From an uncultured Gemmatimonadales bacterium (GTDB lineage: Bacteria > Gemmatimonadota > Gemmatimonadetes > Gemmatimonadales > Gemmatimonadaceae), in the NCBI GenBank assembly GCA_963793305.1, contig CAWBZV010000005.1, positions 1,556,964-1,620,963 on the forward strand: a stretch of 64,000 bases of DNA, given 5' to 3'. The notes below the pieces were generated by a model, which was given only the letters and a program-made list of their open reading frames with translations, had not been told where the DNA came from and did no database searches. Below are positions 63,803 through 64,000 of the stretch, in pieces. The translations under genes and the position numbers were made by a program. Numbering within the stretch: position 1 is the first letter of the stretch; each line of letters begins with the position of its first letter.

Positions 63803-64000
63803 ATGTCCGGTAATGAAGAGAAAGTCAAGGAGATTATCGAGAAGGAGCTCGGCGTCGAGCGCGAGAAGCTGACCGACGACGCGAACTTCATCGAGGACCT
63901 TGGTGCTGACAGTCTCGACATCGTCGAGCTGGTCATGGAGTTCGAGAAGGAGTTCAATATCGACATCCCGGACGAGGACGCCGAGAAGTTGAAGACGGTC
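63803..64000 (+). CDS. acpP: Acyl carrier protein, 3'-partial
   Basis: [43 protein letters not shown]. Confidence 0.97.
   Translation, partial: MSGNEEKVKEIIEKELGVEREKLTDDANFIEDLGADSLDIVELVMEFEKEFNIDIPDEDAEKLKTV

Overview
High-GC bacterial chromosome segment. Gene order and protein style suggest Gemmatimonadota, which is my inference and not a database result. Most of the window is + strand housekeeping operons: yicC-gmk-rpoZ-coaBC-udg-dnaB-radA-ispD-tsaC-LMW phosphatase-aroE-gap-pgk-tpiA-secG-carA; hup; moaDEA; mdh-sdhCAB; nuoA-N with a Rex-like operator; PMM/PGM-UPF0182-sucCD-PTS/CBS-ndk; and yceD-rpmF-plsX-fabH-fabD-fabG-acpP. There are two accessory regions. (1) About 21.5-31.8 kb holds a 1.37 kb two-gene cassette bracketed by a 40-bp duplication of a gene's 3' end, and a membrane-anchored BTAD/TPR regulator flanked by two lipoprotein genes that share an upstream GTTACCGG motif. 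(2) About 53.6-59.4 kb is a defence-like island between ndk and yceD. It carries an MNT-HEPN pair, a RelE/HigA-type TA pair and a compact Cap4-like nuclease + coiled coil + STAND NTPase + TPR module, the best candidate here for an undescribed Avs-like antiphage system. Single-base frameshifts in dnaB, dcd, nuoL and fabG suggest uncorrected long-read indels, so split genes must be read with caution. I found no rRNA, tRNA, CRISPR array, integrase or transposase.
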